Source of the DNA: a virus
Taxonomy: Duplodnaviria; Caudoviricetes
Direction: 5' to 3' (one strand)
Virus record (IMG/VR): IMGVR_UViG_3300050131_000113
Location: 1-58,171 of that record
DNA length: 58,171 nucleotides
Below the pieces are notes generated by a model that saw only the letters and a program-made list of their open reading frames with translations, ran no database searches and was not told the DNA's origin. Every line of letters begins with the position of its first letter. Positions within the stretch are counted from its first letter, which is position 1. This document shows, piece by piece, positions 27,192 through 35,347 of this stretch. The position numbers and the translations under genes were made by a program.

Positions 27192-28429
27192 GGCCAGGCG
27201 ATCACAGGGAAAAGGCCGCCAGCGGCGACCAGTAAGTTCGCCGCCTGGTTCGGGTGGATGCCGTCTGGCGTATAGGGCGGCGATGGAGAAACCAGCCATT
27301 TGCCGCTGTTGAGGCTGCTTTCCAGAGCGCTGGTGATATCGACATATCCCTTGATGCCGGAGATTCCGGCCCGCACCGCCGCGTTGAATACCTGTCGCTG
27401 CGCTTCACTGGAAAGGACCGTCTGATTTCCCAACGTCGCCCATGAGTCCGTCGATGTCGTCAGCGGCGTGCAAGTTGTCTGATAAATCTTCTGGAACGAC
27501 GCTATGTTGGCCCAAATCGCCTGCAGCGCCGCAATCGTCGTTGCCGAGGTTTCACTATCCCGCATGTCGTTCACAACATATTGCGTGAAGACATGGGATC
27601 CCTTGGTCCAAAGCAACTTGCGCGCGGTGCTGTTGGACAGGCCATCGCTGGCGGCCTCACCGCCTTCGCATAGATTGATGAATGGTACATTCCCTAACGA
27701 GCGCGCAATCACGCCGACCTTGCCGCCATATCCAGTCGCCGAATTCGAAGTGTCCTCGACATCCTCCCCATCCGGCCAGCCGACACCGAGGCTGTCTCCG
27801 ATGATGATAACCGATGGGTTGCGCGTAATACCTAAAATAGCGATCGGCGCATGCGAATAGCTCCCCGAATTCGTGATCGTGCCACCCATCGTCTGGTTGG
27901 AAATAGAAGTTGTCGACAAGGCCATCGCCTCGCCGAGAAAAGCGTTCTGATAATTATTGTAGAATGTCCCGTTTGGATTGTTCCAGAAGATGCGAACCCA
28001 GAACGTCGCGCCCGAGGGAACACTGACCGGAAGATAATCCGAAAAAAGCAGACTGGCGTCGGAGATGGTGCCCGTCGTGGTGCCGGAAAACTTGACTTGG
28101 GTGAACGTCCCGCTGGGATATTCGATTGATGCTATGACTGTCGCACTGGCGCCCAGTCCAGCATCCGCCGAGCCGCCGTTAAGATTGGCGAAGTTTGAAA
28201 ACGCCAGCTTTATCGAAGTGAGATTTTCGGTCGCCACATGGGCCGACCGCGCCATCAGATATTTATTTGATGTGTCCTTGGTCCTGACCGGGCGGGCGCG
28301 GGACGCAACTGAGCCCTCATAATTTTGCAGGACGCTGCCATGCAAGAGACGCCCCTGCGCCTGCGCAGCCAATGCAACAGCCGATCCGGTCGCACAGCCA
28401 GCATAAACGAAATCGCGGCGGGATATCAT
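27188..28429 (-). CDS. Tat-signal SGNH/GDSL esterase
   Basis: SRRDFV Tat motif; GDSL, VND, DGIHP. Confidence 0.8.
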   Translation of the reverse strand: MISRRDFVYAGCATGSAVALAAQAQGRLLHGSVLQNYEGSVASRARPVRTKDTSNKYLMARSAHVATENLTSIKLAFSNFANLNGGSADAGLGASATVIASIEYPSGTFTQVKFSGTTTGTISDASLLFSDYLPVSVPSGATFWVRIFWNNPNGTFYNNYQNAFLGEAMALSTTSISNQTMGGTITNSGSYSHAPIAILGITRNPSVIIIGDSLGVGWPDGEDVEDTSNSATGYGGKVGVIARSLGNVPFINLCEGGEAASDGLSNSTARKLLWTKGSHVFTQYVVNDMRDSETSATTIAALQAIWANIASFQKIYQTTCTPLTTSTDSWATLGNQTVLSSEAQRQVFNAAVRAGISGIKGYVDITSALESSLNSGKWLVSPSPPYTPDGIHPNQAANLLVAAGGLFPVIAWP

Positions 28430-29337
28430 CAGAATCCTAAAACCGAATGATCGTTAGCGCTGATCGCGGCGAACGACGCGCTCTTGTCGGTGGCATAGAG
28501 GCCGAAGCTCATGATGCGAGAGAGGGAATGAAATCCGGTATTGTTGAAAGCCGCCGCTGTGAGATTATTCGTTCCGGGATTGGTGGTGACGGTGGAATTA
28601 ACCGTTCCGTCAACCGCGCCCTTTGAACTGGCACCAGCAAACAATCCCTGGATCGAATGATAATTGCCTTCCGTTGCGCCAGATGCGAAATCCCAAACGC
28701 CGCCTTGCGCGTACATTGCAACAACGCCAGAGCCATCGAAAAATAAACCCGTTGCTGAACTGTCACCGACGATCATGCCAAGAGATGCGACAGTGACGCG
28801 ACGCGCAACCGTAATCAGTGTAAAGGCTTGTACCAGAGCGAGCGATGCCGAATAATTCAGGTATTGACCGGCCGTGAAATCAATTGCAGGGAGCGAACCA
28901 AGATCGGAAAGCACGAGCGAAGGAAGTGATGTGCTTGTGACAATGTGATCCGTCCCGATTTGGTCCCATATCTTCGAGACATACGGCGTACCGTGCGCGG
29001 TAATCCAGGCCGACATTGCAGAGGTATCGAGAAAGCCGCTAGTCAAGATATTGAGGGTCAAGCCGTTGCCGGCCGACCCGTCCTGAATGTTTACGCTGGG
29101 GGTTGATCCCGTCGCATAAGCCGCGTTATAGGCATACACACCATAGAAATGAGCGGCCCCAGAAGCGATATCACCGGGGCCAACATAGCCGCCGCCGCTC
29201 GCTACCGGCAGCCCCGGTCCCGGCAAGATAGGACCTTGAGCACGAACGATAGCCGGTGACGCAATAAGCACCGCCGCCGCACTCTTTATGAAGGTACGGC
29301 GTGAAGGCAGGATAAGTTCCCGCGATGGCAAAATCAC
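28429..29337 (-). CDS. Tat-signal arabinofuranosidase-B/LamG-like protein
   Basis: SRRTFIKSAAAVLIASPAIVRA; YVSKIWDQ.G; GTGA overlap. Confidence 0.65.
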   Translation of the reverse strand: MILPSRELILPSRRTFIKSAAAVLIASPAIVRAQGPILPGPGLPVASGGGYVGPGDIASGAAHFYGVYAYNAAYATGSTPSVNIQDGSAGNGLTLNILTSGFLDTSAMSAWITAHGTPYVSKIWDQIGTDHIVTSTSLPSLVLSDLGSLPAIDFTAGQYLNYSASLALVQAFTLITVARRVTVASLGMIVGDSSATGLFFDGSGVVAMYAQGGVWDFASGATEGNYHSIQGLFAGASSKGAVDGTVNSTVTTNPGTNNLTAAAFNNTGFHSLSRIMSFGLYATDKSASFAAISANDHSVLGF

Positions 29338-31091
29338 CGCTTCACGCTCCAGTTGGTCGTCAGGGCAGACGGTGTGATCGAGGTGCCCGTTAGGTTGCAC
29401 TGCTTAATATTAATGTTGCCGGAAGTCGGATACGGAACGATCGTAAGCATGGCCGTAGGCAGATATCCCGTCGTTCCCGTGGGGTCTCCATTGAACCCAA
29501 TGGTTATGACATCTGTCGTTGCGACGCCCGGCGCCGAAACTATCGTGGCCGAGCCGCACGCACCCGACGAAATCGCCGACGTACCGAGTGTTGCGGTGCC
29601 GCTGGCGATGGTGAGCGTCTGACCGCAGGTACTCGCAAGCTGATGGAGATTTGTCCCGTCGAAATAAAGGTCTGAACTTTGGTACTGTTTACATGCAAGC
29701 GTAGCTGCGCCGTCGATATTACCCGACGAAGGCGTGTACGTAGCAGTGCCCGCTCCTAAATTCTTGACGGTGAAATAGTCGGTCGAGACAAAGCCCGTTA
29801 TGGTGATCGCTGCCGCAACCGGCGAAGCGTTGCTCTCCGTGACCAGCGAGCCCTTGTCGGTCGATGTGATGGTGTCCGTGGTGGCCGTGTTGTTGCGCGC
29901 TGTGACGGCCGCGCTGACAACCACCGCGCCTGTCGTCGGGCTGACTGTGACGCCGATGCCGCCCGTGACGGATGAAACCGCGCCAACGGCACTGATCACG
30001 CCACTCGACGCCGTGATCGATGTCCCATCGACCTGCACAATGCCCTTCTGCGAGGAAGTGGCGAGCTGGATCGCCGGGGCCCCATCGGAGCGCAGGAAAG
30101 TCGTCGCCGAGCCATTGACGGCTGTGGGTCCGGCGGTCGCCGTGGGATTGGCGCCGGACGATCCCGAGCCGCCGCAGACCGCTCCAGTCCCGGAAATTAC
30201 ACCGGATGAATTGACGTTCAAGCATTGCGTCGATCCCGTGATCCACGCCAGCGTCATCGCCGTCGTGGCGTTAAGGCTGTCGATCGTCGGCGCACTTCCA
30301 AACACCGCGTTTCCGGTTCCGGTCTTGGTCGTGAGTGCCGCCAGCAGGTTGGAGCTGGAGGGCGTCCCCAGGAATGTGCCGACGCCCGTACCGAGGCCAG
30401 AGAGACCGGAGAGCGGCAACCCCGTTCCGTTGGTCAGGGTGATCGAGGAAGGTGTGCCGCCCGCACCGTTGAACACGACCGGAGCACCGGCCGAGCCGAT
30501 GTTGTCGGCGAGTGCGGCCGCAACGCCCGTACCGAGGCCAGAGACACTTCCAATCGCCGGCGCACATGTCGAGGCCGAGGCTGCGGTGATCAGACCCTTG
30601 GCGTTGACCGTCAGCGTGATGCAACTGGTGGAACTACCAAACGAGCCGACATTGCTGTTGACGGTCGCAAGCGTGATGGTACCGCCAGAGGAAACGGTCG
30701 CATCCCCCGAGAACAGCGAATTGATGTAGGTCGCGACCTGCGTAAACGTCGCCTTGACGCCGCCGGAGCCTGCGGTCTGCACCACATAGATCAGGTTGGC
30801 GCCGGCAATCGCGCCTGAGGCGGACAGGTTCGATAGCGCGGTGTTGGCGGCGTAGGCGGCCGTGGCGAACGACAGCGCGCCGATCAGCGATAGCGTCGTC
30901 AGGCGTTTATTTCGCAGGATCTGCGCGAGTAGCGCCACCACCAGGCACAGCGATGCTGCGATGAATGCGCATTCCAAAATGCTCAGCACATTGATGCCGT
31001 GCCATGAATGGTTGAGTTCGCATATTTTGGCCGGGCAGCCGCCGCCGAATTCAACCAGATAGTGCATAAAATGCGGGAAATTATCGAACAT
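29334..31091 (-). CDS. tail-fibre-like protein with N-terminal TM and signal sequence
   Basis: KRLTTLSLIGALSFATAAYA; G/S/T-rich shaft with LTVNAKGLITAA; paired Cys. Confidence 0.7.
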   Translation of the reverse strand: MFDNFPHFMHYLVEFGGGCPAKICELNHSWHGINVLSILECAFIAASLCLVVALLAQILRNKRLTTLSLIGALSFATAAYAANTALSNLSASGAIAGANLIYVVQTAGSGGVKATFTQVATYINSLFSGDATVSSGGTITLATVNSNVGSFGSSTSCITLTVNAKGLITAASASTCAPAIGSVSGLGTGVAAALADNIGSAGAPVVFNGAGGTPSSITLTNGTGLPLSGLSGLGTGVGTFLGTPSSSNLLAALTTKTGTGNAVFGSAPTIDSLNATTAMTLAWITGSTQCLNVNSSGVISGTGAVCGGSGSSGANPTATAGPTAVNGSATTFLRSDGAPAIQLATSSQKGIVQVDGTSITASSGVISAVGAVSSVTGGIGVTVSPTTGAVVVSAAVTARNNTATTDTITSTDKGSLVTESNASPVAAAITITGFVSTDYFTVKNLGAGTATYTPSSGNIDGAATLACKQYQSSDLYFDGTNLHQLASTCGQTLTIASGTATLGTSAISSGACGSATIVSAPGVATTDVITIGFNGDPTGTTGYLPTAMLTIVPYPTSGNINIKQCNLTGTSITPSALTTNWSVKR

Positions 31092-31321
31092 CAGCAGCCC
31101 CCCTCAAGACAGAAATGGCTTGAACCGTCTTCAAGCAGCAGGAACGAGGTGCCGTCCTCGAGCAGAAGAGCGCCGGCGATCGGCGGGGGTGCTGTTGCGC
31201 TTGAAATAGGCCCAGTGAGAGTCTTATTCATCCATCCACCCTCGGGGCCGGTCAGGTTTGAAGCCCCCGCCAAGCTGGCGAACAGCATCAGCGCGGTCGC
31301 GATAAAGAGAACCTTGTTCAT
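31091..31321 (-). CDS. small exported tail connector-like protein
   Basis: Signal peptide; LLLEDG repeated twice. Confidence 0.6.
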   Translation of the reverse strand: MNKVLFIATALMLFASLAGASNLTGPEGGWMNKTLTGPISSATAPPPIAGALLLEDGTSFLLLEDGSSHFCLEGGC

Positions 31322-31713
31322 GGCTGCGCGTATCCCTGAACAATCCGCAGCGTCGTCGTGTTGGATGCGGTGATTGCGGCCAGATACGCGGCGGTCTCAT
31401 TGCTGATGTTAAGGGTGACGAACGAATTGCCGGGCAGGCTATAAGTGCCAGCTATAGGTGCCGCGGTGGATGTCGTCTGCGCTGTGGCGGCAGCACTTGA
31501 TGTCGCACCGAAGGCATAAAACGCCTCCTGCGATGTGATATTGTAGACGATAACGACCGGGCCGCAGGTCGAAAGCTGCACATTCGCGCTGCTGCTTGTG
31601 ACCGCCAGCGTACCTCCGGCGCATGCCGAGATGCCGGCCTGTTGCGCCATCGCGCCCGCGGGAAACAACAGGGCAAACGCAAAGCCGATCGCCGCAACAA
31701 GTTTTGCGCGCAT
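31318..31713 (-). CDS. exported beta-sandwich tail-region protein
   Basis: MRAKLVAAIGFAFALLFPAGAMA signal peptide; Cys pair. Confidence 0.65.
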   Translation of the reverse strand: MRAKLVAAIGFAFALLFPAGAMAQQAGISACAGGTLAVTSSSANVQLSTCGPVVIVYNITSQEAFYAFGATSSAAATAQTTSTAAPIAGTYSLPGNSFVTLNISNETAAYLAAITASNTTTLRIVQGYAQP

Positions 31714-31769
31714 GGGGATGTTCTCCAGTCAGGATATTTCAGGGAAAGTTGATAAAAACCGACGCACCG

Positions 31770-32282
31770 TCAGTGCATCGCGACCGTGACGCCGTAGGCG
31801 CAAAATGTGCAGCTACCCGGGCCCAGCGTGATCTGGATGTAATGCCCCGCCGCTACCCCTGGTATGGATACTGTCCCATCGACCGCGGTATTGCTGGTGT
31901 TGCTGGTGGTGACACTCCCGATGGTCGAGACAGGCGAACTACAATTATTCGCGACCGTGCCGCAGTCCTTGACAATGAATTGCAGGCTTCCCGGTGCGGT
32001 TGGAACCGCGGTAACGGCCTCGATACTATCGACCGTGACGGCGACGTGGGTCTTGCAAACCGCAATGGTGCCGGAATTCCCGGAGGTTGCGAACAATGAA
32101 CCGTTGCAGAAGCTTTCCGGGACGTTAGCGGCAGGGATGGCAGCGATGCTGTCGACAACCAGCGCCTCCGAAGCACAATTTGCCGTCGATGTCCCGACCG
32201 GTGCAGTGCGGCATTGCTGGCCTTGGGCCATCGCCGGAGACGCCAGCAGCACCAGACACAGGGCGAGCAGCCATCTCATCAT
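31770..32282 (-). CDS. exported Cys-rich tail-region protein
   Basis: MMRWLLALCLVLLASPAMA signal peptide; 8 Cys in the mature part. Confidence 0.65.
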   Translation of the reverse strand: MMRWLLALCLVLLASPAMAQGQQCRTAPVGTSTANCASEALVVDSIAAIPAANVPESFCNGSLFATSGNSGTIAVCKTHVAVTVDSIEAVTAVPTAPGSLQFIVKDCGTVANNCSSPVSTIGSVTTSNTSNTAVDGTVSIPGVAAGHYIQITLGPGSCTFCAYGVTVAMH

Positions 32283-33493
32283 AGTTTGACGATCGCATTG
32301 AGGAACTGAGACGGCTGCATGTTGTTGTGCGCGCCGCCGCCGGTATTGGTCGATGTCACCACCGCATTACCAGCCGTGATATTGCCAGTCGAAGTCCGGG
32401 CGCCCACGCTCCCGGAGGTTCCTACCAGTTGCCCGTTGCCGCCACCGCCCGCGCCGGATGAAGCGACCCCCGCCGGGTTGTTGACGATGCCGCTATCGCT
32501 CGAGGTGACGGTGAGCGAGATATTACCGCCGTTCGCCGATACGATGCCCGCGGGCGTCTCGGACAGCGCCAACAGATGCGTTTCCTCGCCGACCGTCAGC
32601 CCCATCGTCCGCGCCGTAAGCCCAGAGCCGCTTCCAGCGACCGCCAGCGCACGCCCCAGCATCTTCGGTAGTGTCATCCGGCAGTTCGCGGCCCATGCGG
32701 CTGCAGCAGAGCCCTGCGCTGCCCGCGTCGTCCCAGCACCCGTAGAAGTCAGTAGCGGACAGGTCGTATCGGTGAACGGCGAAGCAAACAGGATATTGAA
32801 CAGCGCCAGGTTGACGGCGGAATTGCTGTTGGAGGATCCGGAAGTCGCGTCCCCGAAGGTACCGTCGTCGAACATCAGCCAGCCGGTCGGCGGCGTCGAG
32901 GCAACCGTCAACCATACGACGCCAGTCGAGGCGGTCCCGTTGTTGATCGATGAATTGGAGGGGTTGAGCAGTTCCCAGCGGGTGTTGGCCGAATTATAGC
33001 GCAACACGATTTCAGCCAAATTGCCCGGGATGTCGCCGACCGCGAGCGCCGATCCGCCGAGCTTGGTGATGGTCCGCGCCGTCAGCCCATTCGGGGCAAA
33101 GGTCGGCGTCGTGGTGGCATTCGAAGCGCTGGCCCGGCCGAAGCACAATTGGCCGTCATTGAGGGTCACGAGCGCCGGGGTATAGGTTGCGGTCAGTGCG
33201 TCTGCGGTGCCCCCGAAGACGGTCCAATTGACCAATCCATCCTGAATCTGCCCAAAAGCGCTATAATCGGTCCGATTTACCGCGTTTTGCACCACTGTAT
33301 GACGAAATCCGGCCATCGGCAGGTTCGCGGACGGTTGACCCTGACCGTCCCGGGTGAGACAATTGCCCAAACCGTTCGCTGCGATGTCGTTGGTATCGGT
33401 ATCCATCCGGGAGGACGAAATATCGAGCCCGGCCGCCTTGTCGGCGACCCAGCTGAAGATTCTGTTAAAACTACCGGAACCGTTCCAACCCAT
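32279..33493 (-). CDS. tail fibre/spike with collar domain (cytoplasmic)
   Basis: MGWNGSGSF..., PTGWLMFDDG, GEETHLL, HNNMQPSQFLNAIVKL. Confidence 0.8.
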   Translation of the reverse strand: MGWNGSGSFNRIFSWVADKAAGLDISSSRMDTDTNDIAANGLGNCLTRDGQGQPSANLPMAGFRHTVVQNAVNRTDYSAFGQIQDGLVNWTVFGGTADALTATYTPALVTLNDGQLCFGRASASNATTTPTFAPNGLTARTITKLGGSALAVGDIPGNLAEIVLRYNSANTRWELLNPSNSSINNGTASTGVVWLTVASTPPTGWLMFDDGTFGDATSGSSNSNSAVNLALFNILFASPFTDTTCPLLTSTGAGTTRAAQGSAAAAWAANCRMTLPKMLGRALAVAGSGSGLTARTMGLTVGEETHLLALSETPAGIVSANGGNISLTVTSSDSGIVNNPAGVASSGAGGGGNGQLVGTSGSVGARTSTGNITAGNAVVTSTNTGGGAHNNMQPSQFLNAIVKL

Positions 33494-33547
33494 CGATTAT
33501 TTCCAGTGCAAAGCGTTGCGCGCCCGGCGCAAACCGGGTCGGATCAG

Positions 33548-33796
33548 ATGATGATGAAGCTGTTTCAGATGCTGGTTTTTACCGCCGTGATGTTTTCCAA
33601 CATTCACTGGCAGTGGACGCCGAACGGTTACCTGGCGTCGCTGATATCGATCGGTGTGACGTTCATCGCGACAGTTTCGCTACTCTGGATCATCGATGTG
33701 TCACGGCGCGCTGCGAGATATATCAAGCCGCGGCGCGGTCGAGGCCATCAGCGCGTTTATCAGCGCACTTTTCCCCCCGCCTTGCCGCGGCGGTAG
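33548..33796 (+). CDS. antisense two-TM protein, putative superinfection exclusion
   Basis: Two TM helices and a basic tail; convergent with the last ejection gene. Confidence 0.55.
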   Translation: MMMKLFQMLVFTAVMFSNIHWQWTPNGYLASLISIGVTFIATVSLLWIIDVSRRAARYIKPRRGRGHQRVYQRTFPPALPRR

Positions 33797-35347
33797 TGGC
33801 ACGTAATTCGGATTCGGCAATGTCACTCCCGGGGTAACCCGGCTCGCGATCGTCGGGCTTTGGGTATTGGCGAGATTGGCCTGATGCAGCGGCGATCGAG
33901 CGCGCAGCATTTCATCCAGATTGTTGAAGCTGCGCCTCGTGATTGCATCGCCACCCATCTTGGAGGCCAGTGCTGCCAGCGATAGCGGGATCGAAGCGCC
34001 TCCGGTCAGTACAGCGTCCTGGGCATGGACGATACCCTTCAGGCCAGTGTCCGGGCCAAGCTTTCCCACCTGACGAAGCGTATTGCCAAGCCAGTTGCCA
34101 CGAATTCCACTTTCCAGCGCCGCCTTCTCGGCGTCGTTAAACCCTCCGGCACGCCTGAAATTATCCATGGCCAGCGGTCGCAATGCCTGCCGCGTGGCAT
34201 TATTGATATTGCCCCCTCCATAGGTGGAATCGGCCTTCAGATCAGCATTGCCAAGCCGGGTCTGGACTTCCTCCGCACGTTTTGCAGCACCCCAATTGCC
34301 CCCGGCTTCCTTCAAGAGATCGCCGGCCTTTTGCGCGTTGCCTTGAACCAGATCCGGTTGCCGCAGGTTTTCCAGGAACGAATTGACGTGCCCGATCGCA
34401 CGATTGGCGGCGACCGCATCGCTTGTCATGTTGCCGGTCGGGCTGCGATCGTCCGCGATGCGCCCCAGCACTTTCCGCACCGACTGGATGTCGTCGATCG
34501 AGGCCGGCTGACCGATCGAGCGCGCCATGCCCTGGTTCGGATTCGATAGTTCGCTGATCGCCGCAAACGTCTTCGGCTCATTGGCGGCGCGAAAGCCGCT
34601 ATTGGTGCCGTTTTCCAGATCGTTCTGAATCCAGTGGTGCAGGAACGAAACCGCATCGGGATGGATCTGCACGTCCTTGACGTCGGGATGATTGTATTGA
34701 GCCCGCGCAGCGTCTTTCAGTTCTTCCACGGTCGGAGCCGCGATCGACTTGGCCTTGTTCAAGACATCCGCAAGCCCGCCGCTTGCGACCGCGCCAGCAA
34801 CGCGCGCATAGGGTTCGGCCGCAGTCCCGGCTGTCAGTTGCCCCGCGGTCTCGCTGCCGATCGCGGGTGCGGCAACGCGCGTCAAGACCTTCGATAGCAG
34901 TCCCTCGCCGCCGCCCAACGCGGCAGGCGCGAATTCGCCGACGGTTTGGGCATACTGCCCCGGCACCGTCTCCGGCTTGTGGAAATCGCCAGTGACGCCC
35001 TCGATGCCCTTTTGGATGCCGCTGCTGGTCGGAAGGATCGGCCCCGTCGGTTCCGGTCCTTTGTCAAAGCCGAGCTTGTTGGCGATATAATCCGACGCGA
35101 CCTGGCTGCCTTTGGTAAGAAGATTGGCGGCGTCGCCGGGAAGTCCGGCAAGCCCGATCGCACCCTTGGCAAGCCCGATCCCGCCGCTCTTGGCGACGTC
35201 GGCCATGACAGACGGATGCGAGGCGTAAGCTGCCTTCAATTCGTCATCGGACATCTTGCTCAGATCAGGCGTCGCCGCAGATGGCACAGCGGGAGCGGCG
35301 TACATCGCCTTCAGATGATCGTCCGATAGCGCGGAAAGATCGGTCAT
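33701..35347 (-). CDS. DNA ejection (internal virion) protein
   Basis: Ala/Gly-rich helical protein; DLS.LSDD.L repeats; synteny. Confidence 0.7.
   Translation of the reverse strand: MTDLSALSDDHLKAMYAAPAVPSAATPDLSKMSDDELKAAYASHPSVMADVAKSGGIGLAKGAIGLAGLPGDAANLLTKGSQVASDYIANKLGFDKGPEPTGPILPTSSGIQKGIEGVTGDFHKPETVPGQYAQTVGEFAPAALGGGEGLLSKVLTRVAAPAIGSETAGQLTAGTAAEPYARVAGAVASGGLADVLNKAKSIAAPTVEELKDAARAQYNHPDVKDVQIHPDAVSFLHHWIQNDLENGTNSGFRAANEPKTFAAISELSNPNQGMARSIGQPASIDDIQSVRKVLGRIADDRSPTGNMTSDAVAANRAIGHVNSFLENLRQPDLVQGNAQKAGDLLKEAGGNWGAAKRAEEVQTRLGNADLKADSTYGGGNINNATRQALRPLAMDNFRRAGGFNDAEKAALESGIRGNWLGNTLRQVGKLGPDTGLKGIVHAQDAVLTGGASIPLSLAALASKMGGDAITRRSFNNLDEMLRARSPLHQANLANTQSPTIASRVTPGVTLPNPNYVPLPPRQGGGKSALINALMASTAPRLDISRSAP

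Noticed and set aside
23799-33493. Diversity-generating retroelement or invertible tail-fibre switch
   Set aside because: No reverse transcriptase, invertase or TR/VR pair seen
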